Shown: one piece after another, positions 35,755 to 50,700 of the stretch
Numbering within the stretch: the first letter of the stretch is position 1
Layout of the letters: each line of letters begins with the position of its first letter
Assembly (NCBI GenBank): GCA_002245135.1
Contig: NGBS01000310.1
Coordinates: 1 to 64,000, forward strand
Source: Proteromonas lacertae
Taxonomy: Eukaryota
DNA length: 64,000 nt
Direction of reading: 5' to 3'
Program-made: the position numbers and the translations under genes
Notes under the pieces: model-generated
The model's input: only the letters and a program-made list of their open reading frames with translations
What the model was told of the DNA's origin: nothing
Databases searched by the model: none

Positions 35755-38700
35755 TTATTTGGATGTGTTATATTTCTTTAATAAATCTTCTAAATCAATA
35801 ATTTTCTTCTTCTCAACTAATACACTTTCATTAATACTATCAATTTCAGTTGAATTCAATATTATCAAGTCAGCTATATCAGATATTTGTTTTTCTAATA
35901 ATTCACAACTATTTTTCACTTCCACATTATTTGGATCAGATTGTAGTTTTGATTTCAATTCATTCAACTCATTCATATTCTTTTCTTTTTTCTGTTTTAA
36001 TTCCTCATTCTCTTTATTCAATTTTTCATTCATATTTTCATTATTTTCTTTTTCTGTTTTTATTTTTTCTATTGTCTCTTTCACTTTATTAATATAATTA
36101 TTTATTGTTTCTTCAACTGCTTTTTCAGCAGTAACTAATTCTTCATTATCATCATTACTATCATTTGTTTCATTGTTATTATTATTATTATTATTATTTC
36201 CTCTATCTAAATATTCAGAGATGTCTCTTCTATTTCTCAATGGATTTATAATATTAGAATCATCACTCAACGAAGAGGAATTGTTACTATTCTTATTCTT
36301 CTTATTATCATTATTATTAATATCAACATAATCTGTTATTTTTGATGATTTAATTTCTTTATTTCTCTTTAATTCTTGATAGTCTTGACAATACAATTTT
36401 GTACATACTTGGAGATAGTGGAAATATTCATTAATGAATAATGGATTATTATCATTAGATAGATCAATTGGATTGATTTTAATATGTGCTAATATATGAA
36501 TTAATATCATAATATAATCACCTACATTATTCTCCAATCTTTCTTTTCTTATATAAATTGTGGAAATATCATTTTCATATTTGTAACAGAAGGATGTTAT
36601 AAAAGCATTATGTGAAAATATATTTCTTTCTAAGGAAGAAGCTATTTTGATATTTATTTTGTTTAAGTCAAATCCTAAATGACTCACAATCTGTAAGCCA
36701 AAATTATATCTCATTAATTCATCTTCATTTAATGTAATAATATTCACTTCTTCTAATTTGCCTTCAGGAATACGGATATTATTAGCTTGTGGATCAAGTA
36801 AATATGGTTGAGATGTCATATAAATATTATTGGTATGATAATCACTTCGGTTTATATCTTCAGCAAATTTGGATAATAAATTCTCTACAGCTGATAATCG
36901 ATCTAACAATTCTGGTGGAGCATTTGGAATTACTTTTTCTTTCTTAGGTAATGCATCTAATTGTGTCAATGATAATACTCTTTCAGCTTCTTTACTTCTT
37001 GTTTTTGGTCTAAATTCATTTTTGTCTTGACTATTTTCTCTGCTTAATTTTCTTGATTTTATTTTTTCTCTAAAGACATTTAAGACTTTTTTGGCTTTTA
37101 TTTCTTCTTGTAAATTGTTTTGCATCTCTTTTTCAGCTTTTGCCTTAGAGTTAATCATTTCTATTTGTTCTCTTTCTTTCTTCATTTCGTTATTTAATTT
37201 CTTTTGTAATAATTTCTTTTGTCTTAATTCTCTCATCTTTCTTCTTTTATCTTTCAATTCTTTTATCTTTTCCAATTGTAAATCTCTTTGTCTGAACAAG
37301 AACTCATCACATCTTGCTCTATTCTCTTCAAATTGTTTTATAATCAAATTCTTTGCATCATCATCAATCATACCTAATTCTTCTAGCTTTTGTTTTCTTA
37401 GTCTTTCTCTTTCAGCCTTTTGTTCTTCTAAAATCTTTCTCTTTGCTTCTTCAGCTTCTTTTCTTTCTTTTTCGACTTCTTCTTGTCGTTTCTTTTCATA
37501 ATCTTCAATTTCTTTATCATGCTGTTTCTGTAATTCCTCTTGTCTCTTCTTATTCTGATCTTTGATTTCTTTAATTCTCTTCTCTTTTTCTATTTCTAAT
37601 TGTTTCTGATAATCTTCAAAGGCTTTTTCATTTTCTCTCATTATACTTTCAAATGATTCTGGTGGGACTAAATCTTTGTATAATTCTGTTCTTTCTTCAA
37701 TTTGTCTCTTGTGCAATGATGCGATTTCTTGTTCATGTTTTAATCTTAATTCATAAATTGCTTCATTTTCTACAGTCTTCTGTTTATCTTCATATTCATT
37801 ATCAAATTCATCTAACTTCTTCTCTTGTTCCAGACTACTCAAACCATCTTTCTTCATTTGTGTAATTAATTCCAATCTTTTTGTTGATTTTTCATCAAAG
37901 AAACTTTCTAAAGCAGTTTTTAATATTGTAGCTCTTTCTCTATATTGTCTTGCTAATACCTTCTGTAATTCTTCTTCATGTTGTTGTTGTAATATTGTAG
38001 TTACAGCTTCAGCTATTCGATCTTGTGGGATTTTTCCTTGTTCTACTAATTCTAATATTGCAGCTTTCTGTTTCTCTAGTTTCTTTGGTCTTGATAATTC
38101 ATCTAATTCTCTTTCCATATCTTCTCTTTCTTTTAACATTTGTGCTTCTCTCTTTTTCTTCAACATTAATGCTCTTTTCGCTTTCTTTGCCTTCATTGCT
38201 TCTTCTAATTTGCTCTTTTGCCTGTCTTTTTCATCTTCTAATGTCTTGGTGTAATTTTCTAATTGTTCATCATGCTGTTTCTTTAATGCTTCAATAATCT
38301 CTTGAGTTGCTCCTTCATCTTGCATCATCTTTAATTTAGCTTCAAACTCTTGTTTCTTCTTATTAATTGCTTCTTCAGCTTTTCTATCTTCTTCTTCTTT
38401 AGCTTTTTCTTCTTCAGTCTTTATTTCTTCCTCTAATTCTTCAGCTTCATGTTGTTCTTCAACCTCTTGTCTCTTTTGTAATTCAATTTCTTTTTCTTTT
38501 CTCTTTTGTTCGATTAATTCTTTTTCTTCTAATGATAATTCATTTACACCTTCTTTGATTTCTCTATTTAATGTTTCTTCCCACCACCAATCACCATCTT
38601 CACTTTCTAATCTTGATTTTAGATTTTGTAACTGTTCATCATGTTCTTTCTGTTTAAGACGTTTGGCTTCTTCATTCTTCTTTTCAAGTCTCTTTAAATT

Positions 38701-41700
38701 CAATTTCTTTCTTTTCTCTAGTTTTTCTTTTAATAATTGTTCTTGTCTTGATTTTTCTAAGTCTATTGCACATTGAACTCTTTCATATTCTTTCTCATGA
38801 GAATCGTGGATTTGTTTGATTATGTCATTGAAATTATCTTCTACCTTATCTTCTTCTTGGATTTGTTGTAATACAATCTCATTCTTCATATGTTGAACAT
38901 CATTTTCTACTTGTTCATTAAGTGCTGATATTAAGTCATTCTTATCATTATTTAATTGGTCATTTAATCTTTGAATTTCTAAGTCTTTATTCTCGCTATT
39001 TCCTTCCATTATTGCTTTCATTTCTTCTTCATGTTTCTTTTCTAATTCATCTAATTCTCTTTGTTTTCTTTCATTTATTTCGTTACGAATCTCTTCTTCT
39101 TTTCTTTGTTGTTCTTCTAACAATTTCTTCTCTAAATTCTCTAATTTCTTTGCCATCTCTTCTTTGGCTTTATTTATTTTCTCATTTAATGTTTTATTAT
39201 ATTCTTCAACACTTGATTGTAATGCAACATTCTGAACTTTTACAATATTTGCTGCAGCTTCACGAATCTCTTTTTCTGCTTCTAATTTTTCTTCTAATTC
39301 GATTCTTCTCTTTTCAGCCTCTTCTTTAGCTTTCATTGCATCCATTTCTTCCTTTTGTCTCTTTAATAAAGCCATTTGTTTCTCCTCTTCTTGTTGTTTT
39401 AACATTTGTCGTCTTTTACGTTTTAATTGCTTTTCTAATAATCGATTCTTTAAATCTTCATCTTGTTTCATCTTTTCAAATTCCAATACATTTCTTAATC
39501 TTTCTTTATCATTCTCTAATTCTTCATATAACTTCTTCTTTTCTTCCTCAGTCAAATCTTTGTTATCTTTCAACTTAATTTCTAATTCTTCTTTTCTTTT
39601 GTTTATCACTTCTTCTGCATCTGTTAATACTTTATTTTGAGCATCATCTAAATGATTATTCAACTCTTGAATCTGTGCTTCTTCTTCTTCTTTTATATTC
39701 TCATCTAATTCTTTATTCTCTTGTTCATGTAATTGTTTCAATGGATTCAATTCATCATTCTCTTCAGTAATATCATCTAAATTACCATTATTATTGGCTT
39801 TATCACCTTTCTTATTGTTATTATTATTATCATTATGAGTTAAATTCAATAATGCTCTGAATAAATTAGTTCTTTTTCTTGTCTTTAATACTTTAATATT
39901 TTCATTTTCAGTTATATTGGTAAGATCATTAAGTTGTTGTTTCTGTTTTTCTCTCTCATCTTCTCTCTTATATACTGCTTGATATTCATCTACAGTTTGA
40001 ACAGTTAATTCTTTAATTGTATCTGATTGTTTTTCTCTATTCTTTTCTACTTTATTCAACATCTCAGGTAATATCTTCTTCTCTAAATTCTCTATTGTTT
40101 CATGTAATGGAATTAAAGTCTCATTAATCTGAGATTCTAAGCCAAATTCTAACTGTTTTAGTTGTGTTGGATTATTCTTCTTTATTACCTCAGGAATTGC
40201 TCTATTTGCACTATCTTCAATTTCTCCTATTTCTAAATCGTAACTGTTTATTTGTTCAGCAAAGTTTCTTAATTCTAATAACAATTCTTCAGATAAATCT
40301 TCTCCTTTATCACCACAGTTTCTTAGTTCTTGTACCAATTCAACAAATTTGGGTGAGAAATCCTGTGTTAATATATCATCAATAACTTCATTGCCATTAT
40401 CAGAACGATCTTTCTGTGCTGTAATAATAGCAATCATTCTTTCAATCTTATCTTTTGTATTACCAATTTCTTGTCTAATATTCTTCACTGTGTCTGATTC
40501 TAAATGAACTGTCTTTTCTGTATTATTTTCATCATTCAATTGATCTTGTCCTTGTTTTATTAAATCTGCAGCAATTGTGTGACTTGTGATATTATGAGGT
40601 TCAATTATCTCTTGCATCTTTGTTAATTGATCTAAGAATTCATTCTGTAATTTCTCTAATCTATCTTCAGCTATAACACGATTCTCAGTTTCAGCTTTCA
40701 GTTTCTGTAGCAATTCAATTTCTTTAGTCTGTTGAGTCTTATTCTCTGATAAATCTTGTTCTTCATCTTCTTCAGCTTTTTTATTCTTCAATGTATCTAA
40801 CATCATCTTTAAATATTCAAATTCATCTTTTATAGTTGCATAAATCTCTTTTGTTGTTTGTTGTTGTTCATTAAGTGCATAGAAGATCTTTCTATGATGT
40901 TCTTGTAGTTTATCTGCGATTGATTTAGTATCTTTATCTCCTAACTCCATTCTATCAACATCAAATCCAACATTTACATTCTTTGGATTATTTACAATAA
41001 CGCCTGATATTTCACCTTGAACAATTGCTTTACCATTCTTCTGTTTTTCTATATTCAATTTTCTTCCTTTCTCTTTATATCTTGCGATTATATGAGATGA
41101 TTTACTCCATTCCTTCTTCTTAAAGTGATAAAATCCAAGTATAACTATGAATATAGTAACAAATACACCTGCCATGATTGTGACAATTAATATCCAATTT
41201 GGAACTAATAATATATCAGAATTGGGTTTAACTGCTAAACCAATCAGTTGTTGTGTCGTTTTTGGTGCTATTGTTGAAGTTGGACATAATGCTCCATCTG
41301 GTTGAACTGTAATAACTGTAGTTAAATAAGTATCAGAACTTAAAGCAAATACATAAATACCTTCTTCTTCAAATGTATAAATAAATGATGTAATATTCTG
41401 CTTAGACTTTAATAATGATTCTAATTCTCTGAATTTACCTGCATCAAAGTTGGGATTTGTATTTAATAATGAATCTTTCATATACACTGGATAATTATTA
41501 TTTCCACCTGATAAATCCCATATTACACCATCTCCTAACATTATACACAAAGCTGGTTGAAGAATTGTCTTTAATGGTGTAACTGATTGTAAATTTCTAT
41601 TTCTCTTTCTTTGTACTGGAACTGAAGCATTTTTGATTGTTTCTGATAAGTCAAAATTACCTTCAAATCCATAATCTGTTACTATTAAATTCTGTAAAAC

Positions 41701-44700
41701 ACATCCTCTACCTGTATCTCTATCACTGGATATATTACACTTATAACTACCAGTTAAACCAACAGTATCATTCAAATTCACTGTATCTAATACTGTTCCA
41801 TTATAATCTCTAATTTCTACTAAACCTGTGTTTTGATTGATTGTTGTAGTCATTAATCTTGATCTACATTCAGCATTGCATATATTATCCACAGCTGGTA
41901 AATCGTTACATTCACACATACCAGTTCTCTGTTCAAATTTTCCATCAGTTTGAGGACATTCTAATCTACACAAATCTATTTCATTAATACAATTACCTAA
42001 ATGATTTCTTACCTCTCCAGTTTCACATCTTTTATATACTATCGGTTGACAATCTAATGAACCATCACCTTGTGTTCGTGTAAAATCAATCCAATACTCA
42101 TAACCTGGTTCACATAAACAATAACCATCTGAATGTTGAAATGCTCTATGAGAACCAATACATTCACAATCCGTTGAATTCTCTTTAGATGTTGCACTAC
42201 TTGGGCAAACAATACATTCAGATTGACCTGGAGTTGGATTGTAATAATCTGCTTGACATGGAATACAAACACTAAAATCTTTACCACCAAATATATTGTT
42301 ATACATGCCACCTGGACATGGTTTAGGATCTGAAGTACCTAGAGGACAATAATAACCTTTAGGACAGATATATCCTCTATCTTTTACTTTATCAGTTGGA
42401 TTTTTCTTTGTTGTACCTCCTAAACACACATATCCAGCTTCACATAAAGAACAATTATTATTCATTACTTCACTATTGTAAGTACCAGGTGGACAAATAA
42501 TACAAGATTCTTCTAATGTACCTAATATATCATCATCACCTACATATTCTGGAGCATGGTATCCATTTGGACATAAATATGGTTGTGGTGAACCAAGTGG
42601 ACAATAGTAACCTCTTACACATTTAATAGGAACAGATGTATTGGCTGGACAATAATAACCAGCAGGACATAAATAATCAGACATATTTCCACTCAGAGGA
42701 GTTGTACCATTACAGAAATAACCAGCTGGACAGATTTGTGGTTCAGCAGATCCTTCTGGACAAGCCATTTTCTCTGGACATGGATAATTCCAATAATCAG
42801 CAATACCTCTTGGACAGTAATAACCTGCTGTACAATTATGGCATTCATATAATCCACCAGCACCAGGAGTGTCTCTATATGTTCCACTTGGACATATTTC
42901 AGGTAAATCTTCTCTAAGATTGCAGAATGTCTTTTCAGGACAGAAATAATCAGGATCTGACATGTTGAATATACCAGTAACATTACAATACCTACCATTT
43001 GGACATGGAATACAACTCATTAAATGTTCTTTACCATTGTATGGATTGTATGTGTATATAGGACAATCAATTGGATCTTTACCAAAAGGACAATATTGAC
43101 CTTTTCTACATGGATGTGGAATTGTATCATTTTCTATACAATAATAACCACCAGGACATGGAGTACAATCTGATTCATTTCTTCCATGTGTTTCTTTTCG
43201 AACTTTTGGAGATGGACATTTGATTGGAGCTAGTGTACCTTCAGGACAATAATGACCAGCTGGACATGGATATGCTGTATTATTACCATTATTAATAAAC
43301 TCAGGTTGTGGTAAATAAGCACCTGATTCACAGAAATAACCTGCAGAACAATTGCCTGTTATATCACCATTTGTACAATACATACCTGTTGGACATTTCT
43401 TACATTGAGATGGTGATGATAATTTAGTATCATAACTGTAAGTTCCATTTGGACATAAATAACCACTAATTGAACCTTCAGGACAGTAATGTCTAGCTGG
43501 ACAATCTAAGAATAATGCATCACCACCTAAACATGATTTACCTGCTGGGCATTTAATACATTCAGCTTTACCTTCATATGGATTATAAGTACCTGGTGGA
43601 CATTCTAATGGAGTGTGTGATCCTTTTGGACAATATCTATTAATTGGACATTTATAACCATAAACAGATGTACTTGCATCTTCTCCTGGATTTGGCACAA
43701 TTGAACCTGCTTTACATATATAACCAGCATCGCAAATACCACCATTTGCACCTACATTTGGATTTGGGATCTTTGAACCTTCCAAACAGTAATAACCAGG
43801 TGCACATAACCCTGTAACATCTGATAAACCTTGTGTTGCACAATATGAACCACTTTTACATGGTTTACAACCATCTGAATTAGTAACATTCTCATTTGGA
43901 TTATATGTACCAGCTGGACATGGATGTGTAACATTATTCTCAGTTTTACTTGGACAGAAATAACCTGGAGGGCAAGGATATGGTGTAATAGTACCAATCG
44001 GGCAATAACTACCTTCTGGACAATCTTTACAACTTGATTGACCTTCTTGATCTTGATATGTTCCAGCAACACAGGGAGTTGGAACTTTATTACCATTGTA
44101 ACAATAATGACCTTTTTCACATGGTAATTTTACATTATTTCCTGGACAATAATATTTGGAAGGACATAAATCAACAGGTTGTTCTAAACCAGTTGTATTA
44201 CACAAATAACCAGCAGTACAATTATGACAGTCTTCTTTCTTTGTATTTGATTCAGCTTTAGAGAATGTACCAACTGGACATAATTCAGGTTCTAATGTTC
44301 CTTTTACACAATACTTTCCTTTTGGACATTTATTACCAGAAGAACCATCAGTTGGTGTTGGAGTAGAACTACCTAACTTACAGTAATAACCAGCATCACA
44401 ATCACCTGTTGGTTCTTTCAATCCTTTACTTTCACAGTATTTACCTTTAGGACAATCTAAGCAACCAGAACTTGAATCTAATCCTGTTGCACTGCTATAT
44501 TTACCAGCTAAACATGGATAAGTTGTACTTAAACCTGTTCCTTCTAAACAATAATAACCTTCTGGACATATTTTGGGAGTAACAGTTGCACCATCACAGT
44601 ATTTACCTGATGGACATTTCTTACATTCAGATTTACCAATTTCATCTTGATAACTACCTAATGCACATGGTAATGGAGATATTGAACCTTCTGGGCAATA

Positions 44701-47700
44701 ATAACCTTTTTCACAATCTTTAATAACACTGCCACCTTCGCAATATTTACCAGCTTCACATTTATACTTTGGTGTAATTGTTGCTGTTTCATTACATATA
44801 TAACCTGGTGGACATTCTAAACAATTCTCAAGTTTACTATTTCTAGTATTGGAAGAGAATGTACCAACTGGACATTCTATTTTCTTACCTTCTGGACAAT
44901 AATAACCAGCAGGACAATAATTACCAACAATACCATCAGTAGGTGTAGGAATAGATGAATTACTATAACATTCAAAGCCAGGATCACATTTATCAGTTGG
45001 ATTTTCACTACCTAACAATGCACAATAATAACCATAACTACATTCCATACAATCATTAATACTCTTAGCATCTGTTTTATTATTGAACATTCCTAATGGA
45101 CAAGGATATTGTGTAGAATATTTAGTACCTTTTGGACAGTAAAATCCTTTTGGACATGGTTTGATTGGTGAATTATATTCACAATAGGATCCTTCTGGAC
45201 ATTTCAGACAACTGCTTTTACCTTTATCTGGTTGATACGTACCAGCTTCACATAACTGTTCATAAGCAGAACCTTTTGGACACATATGATGAACAGAACA
45301 TACTACAGCTTCAGATACATCTTTAATACCTGCTGGACAATAGTAACCTTCAGGACATTTGTATTTCTCTTGTCTTGGATTAGTAATTGCTGTATCTGAA
45401 CATACAAAACCAGCTGGACATGATAGACAATCTGTTGGAGCTTTAATGCCTAATGACATTGAGAATGTTCCTTTTTCACATGGTTTTGGTTTATCACTAC
45501 CTGCAGGACAGTAATAACCAGCTGGACAAATACTACCACCTTCTGTAAGTGTATTTAATCCATTATTATCATCATCATAAGGTGTTTGAACAATCACTTT
45601 TGATACACAATAATAACCAGCATCACAATCACCGGATGGTTCTTCTAAACCTGGTTTATTACAGTATTTACCAGAAGGACATGGTTTACAGTAAGATGAA
45701 TCTTTTGCACCAGTTGCATCATTGTATGTACCAGCTGGACATGGATATTGTGTTGATCTCTTTGTTCCTTGTTTACAGTAATAACCTTTAGGACATTCAA
45801 TTTTTAGTTGAGTAACATCACTTGCATCACAATAATATCCTTCTGGACATAATGAATCAGCATTTTATTGACTTTGTACCTGATGTATAATAACCAGCAC
45901 CACATAATTGAGGTGTTACACTTTGTGATGGACAATAATATCCATTTGGACAATCTGTTGGATGTAATGTTGTATCTGAGTAATCTAAACCAGAATTACC
46001 ACCACTACAATAATAACCTTCAGGACAATCAGTAGTATAAAGAGGTAAATGAAGTGAATTACATATATAACCAGCTACGCATTCATGACAATCTGTGATA
46101 TTCTGATTATAAGATGATGAACTAAAAGTACCAATTGGACATTCTGAAGCTACAACAGTTCCATTCAAACAATAATAACCTGGTGGAACAAACACCATTA
46201 CCTACAGTTAAACCAATCATTGAACCAATTGGATTTTCTACAAACGCATCACTTAAACAGAGATGTCCACTATTACATTCACCATCTGGAGATGTTAAAC
46301 CAACTTTACTACAGTATTTTCCAGCTTCACATGGTTTACATTGAGAAACATCATTCAATCCAGTTACATTACTATATTTCTTATATGGACAGGGTGTTTG
46401 TGTATAAGTAACAGCTTCATCTAAACAATAGAAACCTTTTTCACATGTTTGCTCAGTAGTTGATCCTAATGGACAATAATTACCTTTCCTACATGGTTTA
46501 CAGGTAGATTTACCTTGTTCGTCTTGATAAGAACCAGCTGGACAAGCTATTGGAATCTTTGAATCATCTACACAGTAATGACCAATTGGACATAATTCAG
46601 GACTTTGCATATTACCAGGACAATAATAGCCATCAGAACATGGTAGTTTTGGTTCAGTTAAACCTTCTAATGTGCAATTATAACCTGTTGGGCATGGTAA
46701 ACAATCATCATTCTCATTTGTATTACCTCTTGATGGAGAATAAGTACCAGCTGGACATTTAATTGGATAAATTGAACTTTCATTACAGAAACTACCAGCT
46801 GGACAAATCCAACCAGTTTTACCATCAAATGGTTTTGATATAATTGCACTGCTATTACATATAAATCCACTTTCACATTTACCTGTTGGTTCAGCAATAC
46901 CATTACCAAAACAATATTCACCTTTACCACATTTTGTACATTCTTCTTCAGTCTTTAATCCTGTTGAATTGCTGAACGTTGAATCTGGACAAGGATATAT
47001 CTTACCATTATTTCCTGTATTTTGTTTGCAATAATAACCAGCTGGACATTTTTCTCTATCTGTTGAATTATAATTACAATAATAACCAGCAGGACAGTCT
47101 TTACAAAATGATTGACCTTCAATATCTTGATAATAACCATCTGTACAAACAATATTAATACTTGAACCAAGTGGGCATCTTGATCCTTTTGGACATATAA
47201 TTGGACGAATATTCACATTAGTTGATATTATATCCGAATTACCACCAGGACAATAATAACCTTCAGGACATTGTTTATTAGGTTGAGATAATCCTTCTTC
47301 TGAGCATATATAACCTGATTCACATAATAAACAATCATCTTCATTCTTATTACCTCTTGAACCACTGTATGTACCTTCTGGGCATTTCTTTGGAATGGAT
47401 GTTTGTTCTTCACAATAATGACCTGCAAAACATAAATCACCTCCTTCATTTATACCATTAAGATCATCAACCTGTGTGTAAGGTAAACTATCTTGTGGTT
47501 TCTTCAATGAAACTTTACCTAAGCAATAATAGCCTTCTGAACAATTATAACCTTTATCTAATGGATGAGAATCTAATGCTTTGATTGGACAATAAAAACC
47601 AGGTGGACATGGTAAACAACTGCTATTAGAAGATGAACCAGTTTCTTTATTATAAGTACCTTCTGGACAAGGATATTCTGAACTATATCTAGTTCCTCTT

Positions 47701-50700
47701 GGACAATAATAACCTGGTTTACAGAGTGTAGAACTATCAATAACAGTTAAACCAATACCACAATAGTGTTTCTCTTCACATACTTTACATTCTTTCTGTT
47801 TAACTTCATCTTGATAAGTACCATATTCGCATACCAATTGTGCTTTACTACCTTGTGGACAATAATGACCTTTCTCACATTCTAATGTTGGTGTTACAGT
47901 TCCAGCTAAACAATAATAACCTTCATCACAAAACAAAGTATAATCACTTTGTCCTTTATTTGGACAATAATAACCAGGTGGACATAGCAAACAGTAATCA
48001 ATAGATGGATTACCTTTCGATTTAGCAAATGTACCTTCAGGACATGATATTGGTGTGGATGTATTAGAAGGACAATAAGTACCTGCTGGACATAATTCAC
48101 CTTTACCAGTAATATTGGGTGTTGGAGTAGTCATACCCTCTTTACAATAATATCCTGAATGACATTGTCTATCTGTATTTGGAGGTTTATTCATTCCTTT
48201 AATATCACAATAATGGCCTTCTGTACAAGGTAGACATTCATCTACATTTTTCAACATTTTAGTTTCTGAATATGTACCAATTGGACATGGATATTCTTCA
48301 GGATATCTAGTACCATTTGGACAATAAAATCCTTTTGGGCATTCATTGGTAATATAATTCTCAGATTGATATTCACAATAATAACCTTCTGGACATATTT
48401 CACAAACTGTTGCATTTTCATTCTTATTGTAAGTTCCTGATTTACATGGATATGGTTTTGCATTACCACCAGGACAATAAAATCCAACTGGACATGGTTG
48501 AGCATCATTTGGACTTTTAGTACCATCTAAACAATATTTACCTGGTGGACATAATTCAGTAGGTTTAGTTTGATTCAATTGATCACAGAAATAACCAGAC
48601 CAACATGGAAGACAATCACTGTCTTTCTTATTTTCTTTAGCTGATGAAAATGTTCCAATTTTACATGGTAATGGATATTTTGAATTCTTTGGACAATAAT
48701 AACCAGGTGGACAAATACCTCCTCCTGTAGTAAATACTGTATCTGAATTAAGAAATACATCTGGATCTATAAGTGTTGGAGCTCTAGATTTAGAGTTAGA
48801 AATACAATAATAACCAGCATCACATTCATAATCATGATAATCTGCCATTCCTTTGTAAGGACAATAATAACCAGCTGGACAAGATTCACATTCACTATTT
48901 GATTCTGACTTTGTTTTATTGTTAAAAGTTCCTTGTAAACATGGATGTTGTTGTTCATAAGCTGTTCCTTCTGGACAATAAAAACCAGGAGAACATTCAA
49001 TCATTGTATTAAACTCAGTTTGCATTGGGCAGTAATATCCTTTTATACATGACGAACATGTAGATTGTGATTTATTAGAATAAGTACCAGGTAAACAGGG
49101 TAATGGTTGTTTGCTTCCTTTAGGACAATAAAATCCAGCTGGACATTCAATACCATTATCAGTTGTACCTTTTAAACAATAATATTTCTCAGGACATTCT
49201 TCAATATGAGGATCAGTATTATGTTCATTTCTACATGTATAACCTGGAGGACATAATCTACATTGACTACTCTCTGATAATTTAGTAACTTGACTGTAAG
49301 TACCAACTGGACAGGGTAATGGAATTGATGATTTCTTAGGACAGTAATAACCAGCAGGACATTCTGAACCACCTATCACTGTATCATCAGTAAAATCAGT
49401 TATATTATCAGTTGGATTAGGGATTTTAACACCTAATTTACAATAATAACCTTCAGTACATTCATAACCTGTTAAACTATCCATTCCCATAATTGGACAA
49501 TAATAACCTAAATCACATACCTGACAATCATTAAAAGATTCACCTCCTTCATTTGGATTATAAGTACCTTCAGGACAGCTGTATCTTTTAGGTAATTTTG
49601 TATTAGCTAAACAATAATGGCCTGTTGGACATAACTTCTGAGTAATCATACCAAATTCATCACAATAATTACCTTTTGTACATTCTTTACAATTACTCTG
49701 ACCAGTTTCATCTTGATATGTACCAGGTTCACACTCTCTTGGTTCTATTGATCCTTCAGGACAATAATGACCAAATGTACATGCTTTACTATCACTAACA
49801 CTCTTAGTTCCATCTTCACAATATGAACCAGCAGGACATAATCTAACTGGAGTTAATAAACCAGGTACATCACATATATAGCCAGCAGGACATATAATAC
49901 AATTAGGATCTGAATTACCTACACCCATATAGAAAGTACTAATTGGACATTCTACAGGAGAGGAAGAACCTTCAACACAATAATGACCTTGTGGACAAAT
50001 ATTACCCATTACACTACCTTCTGAATTAATTTCACCATTTGGATAGGGAGTATAAGAACCACCTGTACAATAATAGCCAGCTGAACAATTCTGAGGTTGA
50101 TTATTATAGGAACAATATTTACCTGCAGGACAGATTGACTTAATGGATGAACCTTCTATACAATAATCACCTTTATTACATTTATGTTGTGATGGTTTGG
50201 ATGTTGTACTTCCTTCTGGACAATAATATCCTTCACTGCAAAATCCATTTGTAGTATTTGGTGTTGTACCATCACAGTAAAACCCAGCAGGGCATGGCTT
50301 ACAGTAAGATTGATCTGTAGCACCTGTTATATTGTTATATGTACCAGCGGGACAAGGATACTGAGTTGAACTTCTTGTGCCATTCAAGCAATAATAACCT
50401 GATGGACAAATACCTGTTTTATCTTGACTATTTCTTTCACAATAATAACCTTCAGGACATTGTTTACATTCTCCTTTACCATCTTCATCATTGTATGTTC
50501 CAGCTTCACATGGTATTTGTTCACTTGATCCTACTGGACAAAAATAACCTTTCTTACATTTCATACCTCCCATTTCAATACCATCATTAACAACAATACT
50601 TGTTGGTTGTTTTGTTATACTCTTTCTCTTACATATATAACCTGCATCACAATTACCAGCAGGTTGAGTAAGATTCAATTCATCACAATATTTCCCTAAA

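Noticed and set aside
35759..40385. Phe/Ser/Leu-rich plus-strand ORFs that look like membrane proteins
   Set aside because: They are antisense of GAA/AAA-rich coiled-coil codons.
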